64,000 nucleotides of DNA from Sandaracinaceae bacterium. Its GTDB lineage: Bacteria; Myxococcota_A; Polyangia; Polyangiales; Sandaracinaceae. Below, in pieces: positions 61,522 through 64,000 of the stretch. The translations under genes and the position numbers were made by a program. The stretch's first letter is position 1. Each line of letters opens with the position of its first letter. Below the pieces are notes generated by a model. The model ran no database searches. It was not told the DNA's origin and worked only from the letters and a program-made list of their open reading frames with translations. Location of the stretch: positions 15,125 to 79,124 of the forward strand of contig JBGAQA010000026.1 of assembly GCA_044220955.1 (NCBI GenBank). The letters are read 5' to 3'.

Positions 61522-63909
61522 TCACATCACGCAGGTGCCCGTCGGCACGCTGCCGCGGTTGTTGCCGTCGCGGCACTCGAACACCGCGTGGTCGGGATCG
61601 ACGACGACGACGGCGTCGCGGCTCGCCGAGCCCGCGGGGAACGTGGCGGTGCACGTCACCTCGGTACACTCCGCGGGCGCGAGCAGCCGCGGCAGCGCCG
61701 TCTCGCACGCGATCGGCGCACCCGCGTCGGGATCTCCCGCGTAGAAGACGACGCGCGCTCCGTCGGGCACGGGGTTCGTCCCGCGGTTGCACACGCGCGC
61801 GCCGAGCGAGACGGTGCCGGTCGCGTCGCAGAGATCCATGCCGCGGGCGACGGACACGGTGAGGTCCGCGGCGCCCGTGCGCGCGAGCGAGCCCTGCGCG
61901 TTCATGCGGAAGTTGTTCAGCTCGGGGATCGCGTGGTTCGCGGTCCAGGCGTGCGTCGGCGGGATCGTCCCGTCGTCGGCGACGTGCGAGACGTGATAGG
62001 CGTGCTGGTTCCAGATCGGGCGCGAGGCCGCCCAGCGGTCCATCACGTCGCGCAGCACGCGGATGCCGGTCCCGCTCGTGAACGCGCTCGTGCCGGTCGT
62101 GAAGATCGGATCCGTCGCGGGGCACGTCACGCCGGGCGTCATCGCGACCACGATCTCGCTGTTGAAGTCGCCGTCCACGTCCGCGATGACGGGCAGCTCG
62201 TAGCCGGTCCCGCTGGAGGCGGCCTGGGAGAAGAGCACCTCGCCGTCGGTGCCGCGGTAGATGCGCAGGAAGCACTCGTCGCCGTAGACCACCTCGGCCA
62301 CACCGTCCGCGTCGAAGTCGAAGACGCTCGAGCCGGTCACGTTGCTCGAGCGATCCTGCGAGGGGCGGCTCCAGAGCACGCCGCGCGGCATCACGTTCGG
62401 TCGCCCGCAGCCGGGAGCGCGGGCGCCGGCGATGTCGCAGTCGAGATCGAACACCGTGTAGAAGGTGCCGCCCGCGACCGCGAGCTCACGCCGCCCGTCT
62501 CCGTCGAAGTCGCCGATCGTGGGCGGCCCCCCGCGCCCCGCGACACCGCTCGCGTTGGTCGGCAGCGGGAAGGGCCCGAACACCACGTCGCCGCCGATCG
62601 TCATCACGCGCACGAAGCCGTTCGCGGTGGAGGCCGACGTCGCCGACGGCGCGTAGGACACGACGATCTCGGGACGGCCGGGCGCGTCGCCGACGGCGCC
62701 GGGGAAGTCGCCGAGATCGGCGACGGCGACGTGGCCGACGCGGACGGCCTCGCTCGCGTCGGCCGCCGGCGGCGCCCAGTAGCTCTCGCGCACCCACGCG
62801 TGGCCCGTGCGATCCCAGGCGTAGACCCCGTCGTACGAGACGAGCTCGGCCTCGCCGTCCGCGTCGACGTCCGTCGCCACCGCGAACAGGCCGAGCCCCA
62901 GGTAGTTCGTGTACGTCTCCCCCGGGTTCAAGAGGCACCCGTCGGCGTCGTAGACGAAGCGGTCGAAGAGGATCTCGGGCACGCCGTCGTCGTCGAGGTC
63001 GTGCATCGACGGGCCGTTGTTGTTGGACCAGGCGTTGGGGGTGTGGCGCGGCTCGCCGGCGACGTCGCACCGGCGGCCGTACCAGAGGCGGTGGAACGCG
63101 TGCGACGTCGCGTCGACCCCGAACGCCACGAGCCCGCCCGCGACGCCCGGGGCGCTGAGGGACGCGGCGACGATCTCGGGGCGGTGATCGGCCGCGAGGT
63201 CGAGGTCTCCGATCGCGAAGTTGGTGGCGTACACGAGCCGGTCGCCGGGATCGCCCAGCGTCGCCTGCTCGGAGCACGTGCGACCGTCGAGGACGCGCAG
63301 GACGCCGCCCTGCATCGTGCTCACGAAGCTCGCGAAGACGATCGAGGGCGCCAGCACGCTGCGGTCGCCGTCGAGGTCGAAGTCGGCGACCATCGGCGCG
63401 CTGTAGACCTCGTTCCAGGTGGCGAAGGCGTCGGTGTCGCCGCTCGCGTCCCAGTGGCACTGCTCCGAGGGCGCGAAGGCGCCGACCGTGATCGGGCGCT
63501 CGCAGCCCGGATCGGTGGTGACCGAGGGCGGGACGCCGTACGGCGTGCACTGCATGTCGGTGTCGCAGTAGCTGTCGCCGGTGCAGTCGTCGTTCGTGGT
63601 GCAGGCGCCGATGCTCGGGACGCACGTGTCGTGCGCGCAGCGCTCGCCGCCGCGGCAGCAGAGCCCGGCGCAGAGCGCGCCCGTGTCGCACGCCGGCCCG
63701 CCGGTGTCGGTCTCCGGGACGGCGGCGTCCATCCCCCCGTCGGCGCGGGGGCCCACGTCCACGCCCCCGACGCAGCGGCCGTCGACACACACGGCGCTGC
63801 CCGTGCAGTCCGACGAGGAGGAGCAGCGGCCCGGCGTCGGTGATCCGGCGCAGTCGCAGCCGGGGCAGAGCAGGACGAACACGGCAAGGACGAGCGTCGC
63901 GCGCAGCAT
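61522..63909 (-). CDS. FG-GAP/VCBS beta-propeller lipoprotein with Cys-rich N-terminus and CARDB-like C-terminus
   Basis: CPGC lipobox; about 7-8 D(F/L/V)DxDG motifs; ADLTV...N.G...VDPD..E..NN; TACCCT-N6-ATG. Confidence 0.85.
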   Translation of the reverse strand: MLRATLVLAVFVLLCPGCDCAGSPTPGRCSSSSDCTGSAVCVDGRCVGGVDVGPRADGGMDAAVPETDTGGPACDTGALCAGLCCRGGERCAHDTCVPSIGACTTNDDCTGDSYCDTDMQCTPYGVPPSVTTDPGCERPITVGAFAPSEQCHWDASGDTDAFATWNEVYSAPMVADFDLDGDRSVLAPSIVFASFVSTMQGGVLRVLDGRTCSEQATLGDPGDRLVYATNFAIGDLDLAADHRPEIVAASLSAPGVAGGLVAFGVDATSHAFHRLWYGRRCDVAGEPRHTPNAWSNNNGPSMHDLDDDGVPEILFDRFVYDADGCLLNPGETYTNYLGLGLFAVATDVDADGEAELVSYDGVYAWDRTGHAWVRESYWAPPAADASEAVRVGHVAVADLGDFPGAVGDAPGRPEIVVSYAPSATSASTANGFVRVMTIGGDVVFGPFPLPTNASGVAGRGGPPTIGDFDGDGRRELAVAGGTFYTVFDLDCDIAGARAPGCGRPNVMPRGVLWSRPSQDRSSNVTGSSVFDFDADGVAEVVYGDECFLRIYRGTDGEVLFSQAASSGTGYELPVIADVDGDFNSEIVVAMTPGVTCPATDPIFTTGTSAFTSGTGIRVLRDVMDRWAASRPIWNQHAYHVSHVADDGTIPPTHAWTANHAIPELNNFRMNAQGSLARTGAADLTVSVARGMDLCDATGTVSLGARVCNRGTNPVPDGARVVFYAGDPDAGAPIACETALPRLLAPAECTEVTCTATFPAGSASRDAVVVVDPDHAVFECRDGNNRGSVPTGTCVM

Positions 63910-63927
63910 GCCGCGAGGGTACACGCT

Positions 63928-64000
63928 CTCGCCCTCGCCCTCGCCCTCGCCCTCGCCCTCGCCCTCGCCCTCGCCCTCGCCCTCGCCCTCGCCCTCGCCC
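63928..64000. repeat. Perfect (CTCGCC)n, at least 12 units, running off the window end
   Basis: Read directly. Confidence 0.97.

Overview
Very GC-rich, gene-dense chromosomal segment, most likely from a myxobacterium of the Sandaracinaceae/Polyangiales type. This is inferred from MYXO-CTERM-like tails, many Cys-rich lipoproteins with 'DAG' linkers, a eukaryote-like Ser/Thr kinase, and VWA/TSP3 and FG-GAP lipoproteins. About 58 real genes are present; most long ORFs in the track are GC-driven shadow ORFs. Housekeeping genes (trxB, tsaD, purH, class I aldolase, a MutT-like Nudix) are interleaved with (i) two TetR-controlled catabolic operons flanking a Tat-lipoprotein cholesterol oxidase, (ii) a DUF1214-sulfotransferase pair and a P450, (iii) two PAS two-component systems, (iv) a TetR-MFP-RND/TolC efflux locus followed by a Ser/Thr kinase, (v) a zeta-like ATPase plus small partner, and (vi) many surface lipoproteins, including integrin-beta-like and integrin-alpha-like ones. 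Non-coding signals read directly from the DNA include pervasive leaderless promoters (TANNNT 6-7 nt before the start codon), (CTCGCY)n hexamer tracts butted against such promoters, a mirror-symmetric double operator, a palindromic bidirectional -10, and ECF-type promoters. I saw no rRNA, tRNA, CRISPR array, transposase or integrase. All family calls come from motif recognition by eye, not database searches.
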